A DNA stretch of 64,000 nucleotides from assembly GCA_033855075.1 (NCBI GenBank), contig JAWVGM010000072.1, positions 21,750 to 85,749 on the forward strand. Reading direction: 5' to 3'. Position 1 is the stretch's first letter. Each line of letters opens with the position of its first letter. Under the pieces are notes generated by a model. That model made no database searches. It saw nothing but the letters and a program-made list of their open reading frames with translations, and was not told where the DNA came from. Shown piece by piece: positions 26,854-35,728 of the stretch. The stretch is from Solirubrobacteraceae bacterium. Its GTDB lineage: Bacteria > Actinomycetota > Thermoleophilia > Solirubrobacterales > Solirubrobacteraceae. Both the position numbers and the translations under genes were made by a program.

Positions 26854-27683
26854 CAGGTGGTGACCTCGACCGGCCACTCGTAGGCGGCCGGGCGGCGGTT
26901 GGCGAGCGCGGGCAGATCGCGGCGGATGTGCGCCTGCGCCTCGAGATCGAGGTCGGCGGCGATGTGGCCCTCCCCGTCGGGCGCGAGCGCGAGCACGAGG
27001 CCCCACGGGTCGACGATCATCGATCGGCCGCCCGAGCGCAGGCCGGCCTCGTGCTCGCCGATCTGGTTGGCGGCGATGACGAACGCCTGGTCCTCGATCG
27101 CCCGGGCGCGCAGGAGCACCTCCCAGTGGTCGCGCGTCGTCGGCACGGTAAACGCCGCCGGCACGGTGAAGATCCGCGCGCCGCGTACCGCGAGGATGCG
27201 GTACAGCTCCGGGAAGCGCACGTCGTAGCAGATGCTCAGGCCCAGCTCGACGCCGTCGGCGGTCGTGCTGAGGACGAGCTCGGTGCCGGGCTCCTCGTGC
27301 TCGGACTCGCGGTACACCGTGCCGTCGACGACGACGTCGAACATGTGCACCTTGCGGTAGGCCGCGCGGATCTCGCCATCCGGCCCGATGTGAACCGACG
27401 TGTTGCGCAGGCGCTTCTCGTCGGCGACGCGCTCGGAGATCGAGCCGGCGACGAGCTCGATGCCCAGCTCGCGCGCGACGCCGCGCGCCCAGGTGATCGC
27501 GGGACCGTCCAGCGGCTGGGCGCCGGCGACGAGGGTCTCGCCGCGGCCGAGCGCGCTCCACTTCTCGGGCAGCACGACGAGCTGGGCGCCGTCCGCTGCG
27601 GCCGCGCGCGTGAAGCGGTCGGCGCGCTCGAGGTTGCGCTCGAGGTCGGGTGTGGCGTTGAGCTGGACGGCGGCGACACGCAT
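26853..27683 (-). CDS. carbon-nitrogen hydrolase family protein (nitrilase/omega-amidase-like)
   Basis: MRVAAVQL..., with E-K-C triad contexts VVLPE, YRKVHMFD and LSICYDVRFPE. ATG at 27683 preferred over TTG at 27713. Confidence 0.85.
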   Translation of the reverse strand: MRVAAVQLNATPDLERNLERADRFTRAAAADGAQLVVLPEKWSALGRGETLVAGAQPLDGPAITWARGVARELGIELVAGSISERVADEKRLRNTSVHIGPDGEIRAAYRKVHMFDVVVDGTVYRESEHEEPGTELVLSTTADGVELGLSICYDVRFPELYRILAVRGARIFTVPAAFTVPTTRDHWEVLLRARAIEDQAFVIAANQIGEHEAGLRSGGRSMIVDPWGLVLALAPDGEGHIAADLDLEAQAHIRRDLPALANRRPAAYEWPVEVTT

Positions 27684-27799
27684 GGTGGAGGGCCCAATTG
27701 ACTCGTCAGTCAACTCGCCTGGATGCTACCCGCAACCCCGGGCCTCATCGCGTCCGACGATCCCGCGCAACTTCTTTCGCGTGGCGGAGTCTGAACATC

Positions 27800-28771
27800 G
27801 TGACCATCGCAACGCCCTTCTCCATCGCCGTCTGCTGCCTCGCCACGCTGACCACGCTCACGCTCGCGCCCGTCGCCGCGGCTGACACCACGCTCGCCCC
27901 CGATGCCGTCGCCGACGAGGTGACCGCGCTCGACGGCACGATCGTCTGGATCAGTGGCACCTTCGGCGACCAGGTCCTCATGCAGCGCAGCCCGGCCGGC
28001 ATCATCGCGCGGGTCCGGGGCGCGCCGCACGCCAAGGCGTACCGGACGATCGATCTCGGTCACGACCGCAAGAACCGGCTGGTGCTCACGTACGAGCGCT
28101 GCAAGACCGCGAGCTCGTGCAAGCCGTTTCTCGACAACCTCAAGGGCACGCGCTCGAGCTACAAGCACCTGACGATCAAGCGCTGCGAGGTGGCGACGGC
28201 CCCGGCCGTTTGGCGCGCGCGCCTGGCGTACGGCCTGCTGTGCCGCAAGCCCAACCACCAGCGCGACGACGCGCGCTCGGGGCTGTACGTCAGGAACGGA
28301 ACGCAGAGCCCGCGCCGGATGCGGATGCCGAAGGACGCCAAGAAGTTCGGCGTGACGGGCATCAGCTCGGTCGACATGCGCGGGACGCGCGTCGCCGCCA
28401 TCGCCTCGGACATCTACGAGTACGCCTTCACCGAGCAGGTCGATGAGACCGGGCTGCGCTCGGTGTTCAGCGCCGCGTCGGAAGGCGACAGCGACGAGCA
28501 CACCACGGGCCTCGCGCTCGGCGCGGGCGGCGCGATGTGGGCACTGACGGACGCCGAACACGCGGGCGATCCCAACCAGGCACGGATCCTCCGGGTCGCG
28601 GGCACCTGCTACGACCTCGAGGCCCTCGTCAACCCCGCCGGGCCCGACCAGGAGAACGGTTACCTCGCCACGGACCTTGCGGTCGACGGCGCGACGCTCT
28701 ATCTCGTCGTCCCGGGCACGGGAATCGTCCAGCACCCATTCGCGCCGCAGGGAGCGTGCACGCCGCTGTAG
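27800..28771 (+). CDS. secreted hypothetical protein
   Basis: The GTG at 27800 gives a signal peptide (TIATPFSIAVCCLATLTTLTLAPVAAAD). No family recognised. The track ORF starts at TTG 27698. Confidence 0.55.
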   Translation: MTIATPFSIAVCCLATLTTLTLAPVAAADTTLAPDAVADEVTALDGTIVWISGTFGDQVLMQRSPAGIIARVRGAPHAKAYRTIDLGHDRKNRLVLTYERCKTASSCKPFLDNLKGTRSSYKHLTIKRCEVATAPAVWRARLAYGLLCRKPNHQRDDARSGLYVRNGTQSPRRMRMPKDAKKFGVTGISSVDMRGTRVAAIASDIYEYAFTEQVDETGLRSVFSAASEGDSDEHTTGLALGAGGAMWALTDAEHAGDPNQARILRVAGTCYDLEALVNPAGPDQENGYLATDLAVDGATLYLVVPGTGIVQHPFAPQGACTPL

Positions 28772-28814
28772 CCCGCGGCCGCGGCTCTGATCGCCACGTG
28801 GGAAGCTGCGCCCG

Positions 28815-29675
28815 ATGGGCGATGAGTCCTCCCTTCCGATGCGCTGGGAGACGGCCGCGGCGCGTCCCGACCTGCCGGTGCCCGTGCCGCCGGCGGACAT
28901 GCCGCTCGTCCGCGGCGGGCGGCCGCTCAAGCGCTGGCGCTACATCGCCGCCTTCAGCGACGAGCTCATGCTCTGCGCGGGCTCGGCGCAGATTGGCCCG
29001 CTGCGCAGCTCGTGGTGGGCCATCTGGGACCGGTCGCGCGGCGAGCTGAGCGAGCGCACCCGAGTCGGCCGCGGCACCGCGGCGCGGTTCGGCCCGGGCG
29101 GTCGACTCACCGTGCGTGACCGCCGCGCGTCGATCGACCTCGACGTCGAGGAGGGCTCGGCGGTCGAGTCCCTCAACCCCCACGGCGAACAGTACGTCTG
29201 GACGCGCAAGCAGTCCGCGCGGCCCGCCGGCGGGCGGATCACCGTCGGCGGGCGCACCGTCGACTTCGCGGGCCTCGCGGTCGTCGACGACACCGCCGGA
29301 TACCACGCGCGCGCGACCGAATGGTGGTGGTCGGCCGGCGTCGGGCACGCGGCCGACGGCGCGGCCGTGGGATGGAACCTCGTCAGCGGCGTCAACGACG
29401 GTCCGCGGGCGAGCGAGCGCTCCATCTGGTCAGCGGCCGGGTCGCGCGAGGTCGGTCCGGCGCGCTTCGCGCGGGACCTGACGGCCGTGGCCTTCGCCGA
29501 GGGCGGCGAGTTGCGCTTCAGCGAGGAGTCCGTCCGCGCCAGGACGGACGGTCTGTTCCTCGTTGTGAGAAGCGACTATCGTCAGCCGTTCGGAAGCTTT
29601 GAAGGTTCGCTGCCCGGGGTAGGACGCGTGAGCGGTGGGCTCGGAGTGATGGAACACCACATCGCCCGCTGGTGA
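28815..29675 (+). CDS. DUF2804 domain protein
   Basis: LKRWRYIAAF..., AGYHARATEWWWSAG and the C-terminal GVMEHHIARW match my recollection of the DUF2804 family. Confidence 0.65.
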   Translation: MGDESSLPMRWETAAARPDLPVPVPPADMPLVRGGRPLKRWRYIAAFSDELMLCAGSAQIGPLRSSWWAIWDRSRGELSERTRVGRGTAARFGPGGRLTVRDRRASIDLDVEEGSAVESLNPHGEQYVWTRKQSARPAGGRITVGGRTVDFAGLAVVDDTAGYHARATEWWWSAGVGHAADGAAVGWNLVSGVNDGPRASERSIWSAAGSREVGPARFARDLTAVAFAEGGELRFSEESVRARTDGLFLVVRSDYRQPFGSFEGSLPGVGRVSGGLGVMEHHIARW

Positions 29676-29717
29676 TAGGTGTTACGAACGCAGCACTCAA
29701 CTACCAGGGGGACTTCC

Positions 29718-30332
29718 ATGCAGACTCGCGCGCCCAGCCCGGCGCTCGTCATCTCGATCATCGCGCTCGTCGTGGCCTGTAGCGCCACCGCCTACGCCGC
29801 GACGAGGATCACGAGCAGCAGCCAGATCAAGAACGGGATCATCACCGGGAAGGACATCAAGAACCGGTCCATCAAGGGTGTCGACATCGCCAAGGGCGTC
29901 ATCAGTTCGGGGAGCGGCGGCGGCGGCGCGCAGTCCGCGATCGAGATCACCCGCAAGGTGGGACCGACCAACCAGCCCGCCAACCAGAACATCAAGGTCG
30001 TCGACCTGTCGGTGCCCGCGGGCGCCTACGTCATCTCGGCCAAGACGACCCAGCAGGCGTTCCCGCCGACGGGCATCCTCGGGCAGCCGGTGACGGTCGG
30101 GCTCGGCCACTGCAAGCTCGATGCGGCCGGCGACGTCGACGACTCGACCGAGACGGTCGCGGCGAACCAGCGCTCGGCCTCCGGCCAGCACTACATGCAG
30201 ATGACGCGTACGTTCGGCGCGACGTCGACCGTCTCGCTGATCTGCGACGCCGGCGTCGAGTGGAACACGACGAACTCGTCGATCATCGCGGAGAAGGTCG
30301 GCAGCGTCTCGAAGACGAACACCGGCAGCTGA
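29718..30332 (+). CDS. secreted/anchored hypothetical protein with short IK(N)-type repeats
   Basis: ATG at 29718 preceded by AGGGGGA. Signal anchor (ALVISIIALVVACSATAYA), then QIKNGIITGKDIKNRSIKGVDIAKGVI repeats. A- and T-ending codons look more frequent than in neighbouring genes. Confidence 0.65.
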   Translation: MQTRAPSPALVISIIALVVACSATAYAATRITSSSQIKNGIITGKDIKNRSIKGVDIAKGVISSGSGGGGAQSAIEITRKVGPTNQPANQNIKVVDLSVPAGAYVISAKTTQQAFPPTGILGQPVTVGLGHCKLDAAGDVDDSTETVAANQRSASGQHYMQMTRTFGATSTVSLICDAGVEWNTTNSSIIAEKVGSVSKTNTGS

Positions 30333-30349
30333 TCGCCTGAGTCGTGCGG

Positions 30350-30374
30350 CGGGTCGCGCCCCGGGCGCGACTCG
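30350..30374 (+). terminator. GC-rich hairpin 18 nt after the stop codon (putative intrinsic terminator, no U-tract)
   Basis: Stem GTCGCGCC / GGCGCGAC (8 bp, loop CCG), extendable to 11 bp with one G-U pair. Confidence 0.35.
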
Positions 30375-30413
30375 CCTCACTTCACAACGCGACGGGCCAG
30401 TCCGCCCGTCACC

Positions 30414-30950
30414 ATGGTGATCGTGCCGTTGCCGATCACCACCGAGCGACTCGTGATGCGGCCCTACCGCGCCAACGATGTCGCCGAGCTGCACGCGGTC
30501 GTCTACGGCGACCATGAGGCCATGCGCCTGCTCGGCGGCGCGCGCGATCTCGCGGGAACCCGCGCGGCGGTCGAGCGTTCGATGAACCAGCAGGAGCTCG
30601 ACGGCTACTCCTTCTGGGCGGTCATCGAGCGCGAGTCGGGGCTCATGGCGGGCGAGGCCGGCCTGTTCCCGCTCGCCGAGGACCGCAAGGACATCGCGCT
30701 CGGCTACGCCCTCGGCGTGGACTTCTGGGGCCGCGGCTACGCGACCGAGGCCGGCCGCGCTGTGCTCGAGGAGGCGTTCGGCCCGCTCGGCCTGCAGCGC
30801 GTCGTGGCGATCACCCGCGCGACGAACTTCCGCTCCCGCCGCGTGCTGTCCAAGCTCGGATTCGGCGCGCAGGGCCTGCGCCACGTGTGGGGCGCCGAGC
30901 AGCTGTACTACGAGGTCGACGCGCCGGGCAGGCGGCTCAGCACCTCGTAG
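30414..30950 (+). CDS. GNAT family N-acetyltransferase (RimJ/RimL-like)
   Basis: TERLVMRPY..., acetyl-CoA binding block FWGRGYATEAGRAVLE, and RVVAITRATNFRSRRVLSKLGF. Confidence 0.85.
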   Translation: MVIVPLPITTERLVMRPYRANDVAELHAVVYGDHEAMRLLGGARDLAGTRAAVERSMNQQELDGYSFWAVIERESGLMAGEAGLFPLAEDRKDIALGYALGVDFWGRGYATEAGRAVLEEAFGPLGLQRVVAITRATNFRSRRVLSKLGFGAQGLRHVWGAEQLYYEVDAPGRRLSTS

Positions 30951-31020
30951 GGGCCAATCGCGTCCAGGGCCGTGAACCGGGGAAACAGGGCGATCGCGAT
31001 GTCCATGCCCGCAGCCTCGC

Positions 31021-32253
31021 TCAAGCGAGGAACCGGCCGCGAGCGCCGGGCTCGGCCGGGCCGGCGACGGCGCCGGAGTGCAGCAGCGCCGCGATGTCCT
31101 CCTCGCCGTAGCCCGCCGCGCGCAGGACCTCCTCGCTGTGCTCGCCGAGCGCAGGACCCGGCAGCCGGTTGCAGTCCGCCGGCGTTCGCGACAACGTGAC
31201 CGGCGAGCCGAGCAGCTCCACGGGTGCCGCCGTCCCCGGCTGGTCGAGGCGGGCGACCATCCCGCGGGCCTGCACGAGCTCTGAGCGCAGCGCCTCGTCG
31301 AGGTCGAGCACGGGCTCGAGGCAGCACTCGATCCGCTCCGCGAACGCCTCCCACTCGGCGCGCGTGCGCGCCGCGAAGAGCGCCTCGACCTCGGCGTGCG
31401 CCGCGCTGCCGGGCCGCGAGAATTGCAGCTCGACGAGGTTCTCGCGCTCGACACCGCGACACCAGGCCGCCCAGAACTTCGGCTCGAGCGCGCCGAGCGT
31501 GACCCAGCCGTCCGCGCAGGCGTAGGGGCGGTAACAGATGAGGCCGCCCGCGAGCTCGAGCTCCCCGCGCCGGGGAACCTCGCCGCCGGCGAAATGCCGC
31601 GCCGCCACCATCGCCAGCCACGACAGCGCCGCGTCGGTCATCGAGATGTCGATCAGCTGCCCTTCCCCGCTGCGATCGCGCTCGCGCAGCGCCGCCAGGA
31701 TCGCGAACGCGGCCGTGAGGGCGCCGCCGCCGAGGTCGGCGATCTGCCCGGCGGGCTGCACTGGCGGGCCATCCGCCTCCCCGGTCAGGCCGAGCAGCCC
31801 CGCCACGGCGAGGTAGTTCATGTCGTGGCCGGCGCGCTCGCGCAGCGGCCCGGTCTGCCCGTACCCCGAGATCGCGCAGTAGACGATGCGCGGGTTTGCG
31901 GCGCGCATCGCCGCGTAGCCCACTCCGAGCCGGTCGAGGACCCCGGGCCGAAAGGACTCGAGCACGACGTCGTGCTCGCGCACGAGGGCGAGAAGCACGT
32001 CGCGCCCCTCGGCCTGCTTGAGATCGATCCGGATCGACCGCTTGTTGCGGTTCAGCGCGAGGAAGAGCGCGGACTTCGCGCTGTCGTCGGCGCCGTCGAC
32101 GAACGGCGGCGCCCAGCGGATGTAGTCGCCGGCGCCCGTGTCCTCGACCTTGAGCACGTCGGCGCCGTGGTCGGCGAGCAGCAGGGAGCAGAAGCCTCCG
32201 GGCAGCAGCCGGCTGAGATCGAGGACCGAGACGCCGTGAAGCGCACCCGTCAC
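31021..32253 (-). CDS. CaiB/BaiF family III CoA-transferase (alpha-methylacyl-CoA racemase-like)
   Basis: LHGVSVLDLSRLLPGGFCSLLLADHGADVLKVE is the typical N-terminal block. The GTG start overlaps the upstream stop (GTGA). Confidence 0.85.
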   Translation of the reverse strand: MTGALHGVSVLDLSRLLPGGFCSLLLADHGADVLKVEDTGAGDYIRWAPPFVDGADDSAKSALFLALNRNKRSIRIDLKQAEGRDVLLALVREHDVVLESFRPGVLDRLGVGYAAMRAANPRIVYCAISGYGQTGPLRERAGHDMNYLAVAGLLGLTGEADGPPVQPAGQIADLGGGALTAAFAILAALRERDRSGEGQLIDISMTDAALSWLAMVAARHFAGGEVPRRGELELAGGLICYRPYACADGWVTLGALEPKFWAAWCRGVERENLVELQFSRPGSAAHAEVEALFAARTRAEWEAFAERIECCLEPVLDLDEALRSELVQARGMVARLDQPGTAAPVELLGSPVTLSRTPADCNRLPGPALGEHSEEVLRAAGYGEEDIAALLHSGAVAGPAEPGARGRFLA

Positions 32254-32468
32254 TGCGGGGGCGGGAGCAGCGGCTGTGCCGCGAGATGGCGGCGCACCAC
32301 CGCGAGCTGGGCCTCGCCGACGCGCAGGGCGTCGATGACGTCGGGCTCCACGCCCTCGTGCTCGAGCTCGCGGGCGGCGCTGCGCACGTGGGCCAGCGCG
32401 AACGTGAAGTAGCGCAGTGTCCTGTCGATGTCCGCGTCGCGGACTGCGGGGTTCTCAACCGTGGCCAT
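32250..32468 (-). CDS. small helical hypothetical protein (72 aa)
   Basis: ATG ORF translationally coupled to the CoA-transferase gene. No family recognised. Confidence 0.45.
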   Translation of the reverse strand: MATVENPAVRDADIDRTLRYFTFALAHVRSAARELEHEGVEPDVIDALRVGEAQLAVVRRHLAAQPLLPPPQ

Positions 32469-32514
32469 ACCGCGACGCTAACCCGGCGGCCGGACGCAAG
32501 ATGCGGTGCCGCGC

Positions 32515-33267
32515 TCAAACGGGATCGGCAAGCAGCGGCGCGATCGCGTCGGCCGCGACCTCGCCGTATCCCGGCGCCGCCGAGGTGATCTCGGCGCCGA
32601 CGACATCGCAGCGCATCATGACCTCGGCGAGGAACCCGCGCAGCATCCGCGCGGTCAGCCCGTCAGCGGACGGGAAGGCGGCCGGCAGCTCGTCCGGATC
32701 GATGACGTCGAGGTCGATGTGGACGAACACCTCGAGGCCCGCGAGCGGCGCCGCGTCGTCGATGCGGTGCACGCCGCTCGTGTCGAGGTTGACCCGCTCG
32801 CCGCCGTCGATGTCGCGCACGCCGTACATGACGATCCGCGCCGGCTCGGGTCCCGCGCCGAAGCCGGTCTCCCACAGCCCGCAGGCCCCAGCGAGGCACA
32901 TGCCGCCGAGGTAGCCCGATGTCGTCGTGTCCGGCGTATGAAAGTCGCCGTGCGCGTCGATCCAGAGCACGTGGGCGTCCGGGTGATGGCGGGCGACGAC
33001 GGGCAGCGTCGCGATGCAGATCGAGCAGTCGCCCGCGAGGATGACCGGCACGCGGCCCGCGACGAAGGCGTCGTCCAGCTGCCCGCCGGCCTCGAGCAGG
33101 CAGCCGCGCGACGCGCGCAGATCCTCCTCCCACCCCCACGCCCGCGGTTCTCCCGGCGAACCGATGACCCGCGCCTGGAGCAGCTCGGCGAGCTCGCGCG
33201 TCCCATCCGCCGCCTCGGGACCGCGATCGGCCGTGCGGCACAGCAGGCTGACTATCTGCCGGTCCAT
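32515..33267 (-). CDS. arginase/ureohydrolase family protein, short form with variant metal motif
   Basis: Internal ATG at 33267. Motifs WIDAHGDFH (DAHxD) and HIDLDVIDP (DxDxxDP) are present, but the first motif reads AGDCS instead of GGDHS. Confidence 0.7.
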   Translation of the reverse strand: MDRQIVSLLCRTADRGPEAADGTRELAELLQARVIGSPGEPRAWGWEEDLRASRGCLLEAGGQLDDAFVAGRVPVILAGDCSICIATLPVVARHHPDAHVLWIDAHGDFHTPDTTTSGYLGGMCLAGACGLWETGFGAGPEPARIVMYGVRDIDGGERVNLDTSGVHRIDDAAPLAGLEVFVHIDLDVIDPDELPAAFPSADGLTARMLRGFLAEVMMRCDVVGAEITSAAPGYGEVAADAIAPLLADPV

Positions 33268-34043
33268 CGCGGCTCGCGCTTTTGCAGGAACGCGGTGACG
33301 CCCTCGCGCGCGTCGTCGGTGGACAGCGCCGTCGCCAGCTCGCCGCGCAGGTACTCGAGCGCCTCCGCGAAGGCGAGATCCTGCTGGGCGTAGAGCGCGT
33401 CCTTGCCCAGGCGCATGAGCAGAGGGGACTTCGCGGCGAGCTTGCCGGCCCAGTCGGCGACCGCGGCGTCGAACTCCTGCGGCGCGGTGACCCGGTTGAC
33501 GATGCCCAGTCGCTGCGCCTCGTGGGCGTCGACGGGTTCGCCGAGCAGCAGCATCTCGGTCATCTTCTTGCGACCCACGTTGCGCGCCAGCAGCGCGGCG
33601 ATCATGAAGCCGAACAGGCCGACGTTGATCTCGGGCGTCCCGAACGACGCCGTCTCCTTCGCGATGACGAGGTCGCACGCCAGGGCGAGCCCGAGCGCCC
33701 CCGCGAGCACATGCCCGTTCGCCGCGCACAGCACCGGCTTGCCGAGTCGCCCGATGAGCTCGAACAGCCGCGGGAAGCGTTCGTTGGCGGCGTGGCGCTG
33801 CTCGGGCGAGGACTCCACGAAGCCGGCGAGGTTTCCGCCGCTCGAGAAGACGGTCTCGTGCGTCGAGGTGAGCACCACGCAGCGCACGTCGTCGTCGTCG
33901 CGCGCCGCGCCCAGCGCGGCGATGAGCTCGTCGAGCAGCTGGTCCGAGAGCGCGTTGCGCGTGCCGGGCTCGTCGAGCGCGATCGTCGCGACCCCGCCGT
34001 CATCGACCTCGTAGCGCAGCGTGGCGTACGGCACGCGCCGCAA
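33252..34043 (-). CDS. enoyl-CoA hydratase/isomerase (crotonase) family protein
   Basis: IALDEPGTRNAL..., FSSGGNL, AANGHVLAGALGLALACDL and the C-terminus FLQKREPRWTGR. Start at TTG 34043 or GTG 34034. The rest of the 512-aa track ORF is antisense to the cupredoxin gene. Confidence 0.8.
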   Translation of the reverse strand: MRRVPYATLRYEVDDGGVATIALDEPGTRNALSDQLLDELIAALGAARDDDDVRCVVLTSTHETVFSSGGNLAGFVESSPEQRHAANERFPRLFELIGRLGKPVLCAANGHVLAGALGLALACDLVIAKETASFGTPEINVGLFGFMIAALLARNVGRKKMTEMLLLGEPVDAHEAQRLGIVNRVTAPQEFDAAVADWAGKLAAKSPLLMRLGKDALYAQQDLAFAEALEYLRGELATALSTDDAREGVTAFLQKREPRWTGR

Positions 34044-34153
34044 TGTAACCTGCGCTCCCCGGGCGCGACGTCCGCCTGCGGCCACCCTAGTCACCCTGCA
34101 CGAAGCCGCATCCCACGCTGCGCGATGTGGACAAGGATCGTACGGGCAGTTGA

Positions 34154-34183
34154 TTGACCTTGCACCGGTTTGCAGCCTAGATT
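34154..34183 (+). promoter_or_regulatory. sigma-70-like promoter candidate TTGACC-18 nt-TAGATT upstream of the copper gene block
   Basis: Read directly, 51 nt upstream of the GTG at 34234 in a 190-bp divergent intergenic region. Confidence 0.3.
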
Positions 34184-34233
34184 CGGCCCTAACCAGAGTG
34201 GCGCTGTTTCTCGCGGCGCCAGAAAGGACTCGC

Positions 34234-34794
34234 GTGAAGCATCGCAACCTCAAGGCTGGAGTTGCTTGTTGTCTGGCGGTCGGCGTGACCGGCGCCGCCT
34301 TCGCCACAACCGCCTCGGCGGCGACACCCACGAAGGTCACTATCAAGGCCGTGACATCGGCCAAGTTCAAGCCCAACCGGTATATCCAGGACGGACTGCG
34401 CTGGAACAAGGACGTGTACAAGGTCAAGTCGGGCGGCACGCTCCACGTCGTCAACGGCGCGGCGGACGAGGGCCCGCACACCTTCACCGTCGTCAAGAAG
34501 TCGGATCTGCCCAAGACCGTGGGCGACGTCTTCAACTGCGCGATCTGCAACAAGCTCGGCATGGCGCACGGTGCCGATCCCAACAGCGAGGCGCCGCCGA
34601 CGTTCCAGTACCTCGAGAACGGCGTGGGGCAGAACACCGCGCCGAACGTCGACAGGCCCGGGGATTCCGGCGTCACCGGTCCCGGCCAGAAGGGCGAGTT
34701 CATCGACCTGAAGGTCACTGCGGCCAAGGGCAAGACCCTGTACTTCATGTGCATCATCCATGCGCAGATGCAGGCCAAGGTCAAGGTCAAGTAG
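34234..34794 (+). CDS. secreted cupredoxin (type-1 blue copper protein)
   Basis: GTG with GAAAGGA upstream and a signal peptide. T1 Cu ligand pattern: HTF ... FMCIIHAQM (C-x2-H-x2-M). Confidence 0.8.
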   Translation: MKHRNLKAGVACCLAVGVTGAAFATTASAATPTKVTIKAVTSAKFKPNRYIQDGLRWNKDVYKVKSGGTLHVVNGAADEGPHTFTVVKKSDLPKTVGDVFNCAICNKLGMAHGADPNSEAPPTFQYLENGVGQNTAPNVDRPGDSGVTGPGQKGEFIDLKVTAAKGKTLYFMCIIHAQMQAKVKVK

Positions 34795-34801
34795 GAGGCA
34801 T

Positions 34802-35728
34802 TTGACCCTCCGTCGTATCGCGAGGATCCTGGCGGCCGCCGGGATCCTCGCGCTCGTTCCTGCCGGTTCGGCCGCGGCGCGGACGCGCGACTACTGGGTG
34901 GCCGCCGCGCCGACGAACTGGACGATCGTCCCCAACGGCCGCGACGCGATCATGAACGTGCCGGTCGATCCGGCCGACTCGCTCCTGCCGACGGTGGTCT
35001 ACAAGCGCTACAGCGCGAACTGGGGCCGCGAGCTGCCGGCGCAGGCCAGCACCGACCGCCAGGTCATCCCGGGCCCGCTGCTGCGCGCACGTGTGGGCGA
35101 CCGCATGCGCGTCCACTTCAAGAACCTCGACTCGCTGCGCCGCGACCCGCACTCGATGCACTTCCACGGCGTGACCTACGAGCCGAGCTCCGACGGCGCC
35201 TACGTCCCGGGCTTCTCGGGCCGCGACGCGGACGTGAAGTACGGCCAGACGTGGACGTACCGGCTCACGGCCGGGCCGCAGTCAAGCGGCGCCTGGCCCT
35301 ACCACGATCACTCCCCGTCGATGGACGCGTCGATCCACGGCGGGCTGTTCGGGATGCTCTCGATCCTGGGCCGACACCAGCGCGCGCCCGACCGCGAGTT
35401 CGTGGTCGTCTTCTCCCCGTTTGGCAAGTTCATGGCGATCGACGGCAGGGCGTTCGTCGGCAACACCCCCGTCTTCAAGTCCAAGGTGGGCGACCTCGTG
35501 CAATGGGACGTCATGGCGATGGGATCTGACTTCCACACCTTCCACGTCCACGGCCACCGCTGGATCGCGCCGGGCGGGGTCACGCGGGACACCCAGGCCG
35601 TCGGGCCGGCCGAGAGCTTCCGCATCCGCTGGGTCGAGCGGGATCCGGGCACGTGGCTGTACCACTGCCACGTGGAGGACCACATGATGCGCGGCATGAT
35701 CGGCATCTACCGGGTGGCGCGGCGATGA
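34802..35728 (+). CDS. two-domain multicopper oxidase (small-laccase-like)
   Basis: TTG with AGGAGG 3 nt upstream and an RR-containing signal (TLRRIARILAAAG). The four Cu motifs are HSMHFHG, WPYHDH, HTFHVHGH and HCHVEDHMMRGM, in only 308 aa. Confidence 0.85.
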   Translation: MTLRRIARILAAAGILALVPAGSAAARTRDYWVAAAPTNWTIVPNGRDAIMNVPVDPADSLLPTVVYKRYSANWGRELPAQASTDRQVIPGPLLRARVGDRMRVHFKNLDSLRRDPHSMHFHGVTYEPSSDGAYVPGFSGRDADVKYGQTWTYRLTAGPQSSGAWPYHDHSPSMDASIHGGLFGMLSILGRHQRAPDREFVVVFSPFGKFMAIDGRAFVGNTPVFKSKVGDLVQWDVMAMGSDFHTFHVHGHRWIAPGGVTRDTQAVGPAESFRIRWVERDPGTWLYHCHVEDHMMRGMIGIYRVARR

